Source: Ostrea edulis (lineage: Eukaryota). From it: 64,000 nucleotides of DNA. How positions within the stretch are numbered: the stretch's first letter is position 1; every line of letters starts with the position of its first letter. Under the pieces are notes generated by a model that worked only from the letters and a program-made list of their open reading frames with translations, was not told the DNA's origin and did no database searches. This document shows positions 63,679-64,000 of this stretch, in pieces. The stretch is from the NCBI RefSeq assembly GCF_947568905.1, contig NC_079173.1, positions 20,832,001 to 20,896,000 on the forward strand, given 5' to 3'. The translations under genes were made by a program, and so were the position numbers.

Positions 63679-64000
63679 ATTTCATGTAAAATACTAGAAT
63701 CGGATTGGCCGAAAAGCATAATCCTTTGAAAACATATGTTTCCCTTTAGTATTAAAATTCTCATCCTGCGAAATGGTAGTATTCAATATTACTTAGCAAT
63801 TTTACTTTCAGTATTTAAAATTGTATGAGATGAAATTCACAGGCTCCATTAAATCCTTGATGAGAAGAGGCACAATGTGCCTGTATATCAGCTCTCATGT
63901 TTCAAAAACCGAAAGAGGTTTCTTATATCTACATTATAACCACTAAAACAAACCCTGAAGGACATATTTCTTGAATTATTCACATTCACACCTTTAAATA

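Overview
This is AT-rich eukaryotic genomic DNA with GT-AG introns. The SINE domains (Meta, Deu/Nin, V), Helentron-type elements and Penelope-like fragments point to a bivalve mollusc, probably an oyster (inference). There are no prokaryotic features and no CRISPR array. Host genes reconstructed by hand from splice sites and frame continuity: (1) a secreted coiled-coil gene with a 1-bp frameshift (3.05-3.63 kb, -); (2) a 4-exon ~591-aa orphan starting MGACMS (12.6-19.2 kb, +); (3) a 184-aa single-coding-exon orphan starting MGNGAS (26.7-27.3 kb, -); (4) a decayed CBM20/STBD1-like gene (31.8-33.2 kb, +); (5) YAE1 (3 exons, 36.0-48.7 kb, -); and (6) head-to-head with YAE1, the first 8 exons of a laccase-type multicopper oxidase (from 49.3 kb, +, running off the window). 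The rest is a dense mobilome. It includes a near-intact RTE-X-like LINE whose ORF2 has no AUG and is in frame with ORF1, RTE and CR1 fragments, a mariner fossil abutting an Academ-type MITE, three SINE families, Penelope-like 3' ends, a pLTR remnant with a minimal hammerhead ribozyme, many MITEs and about ten tandem arrays. Most long ORFs in the track over the arrays are artefacts. Family assignments come from motif recognition, not from database searches.
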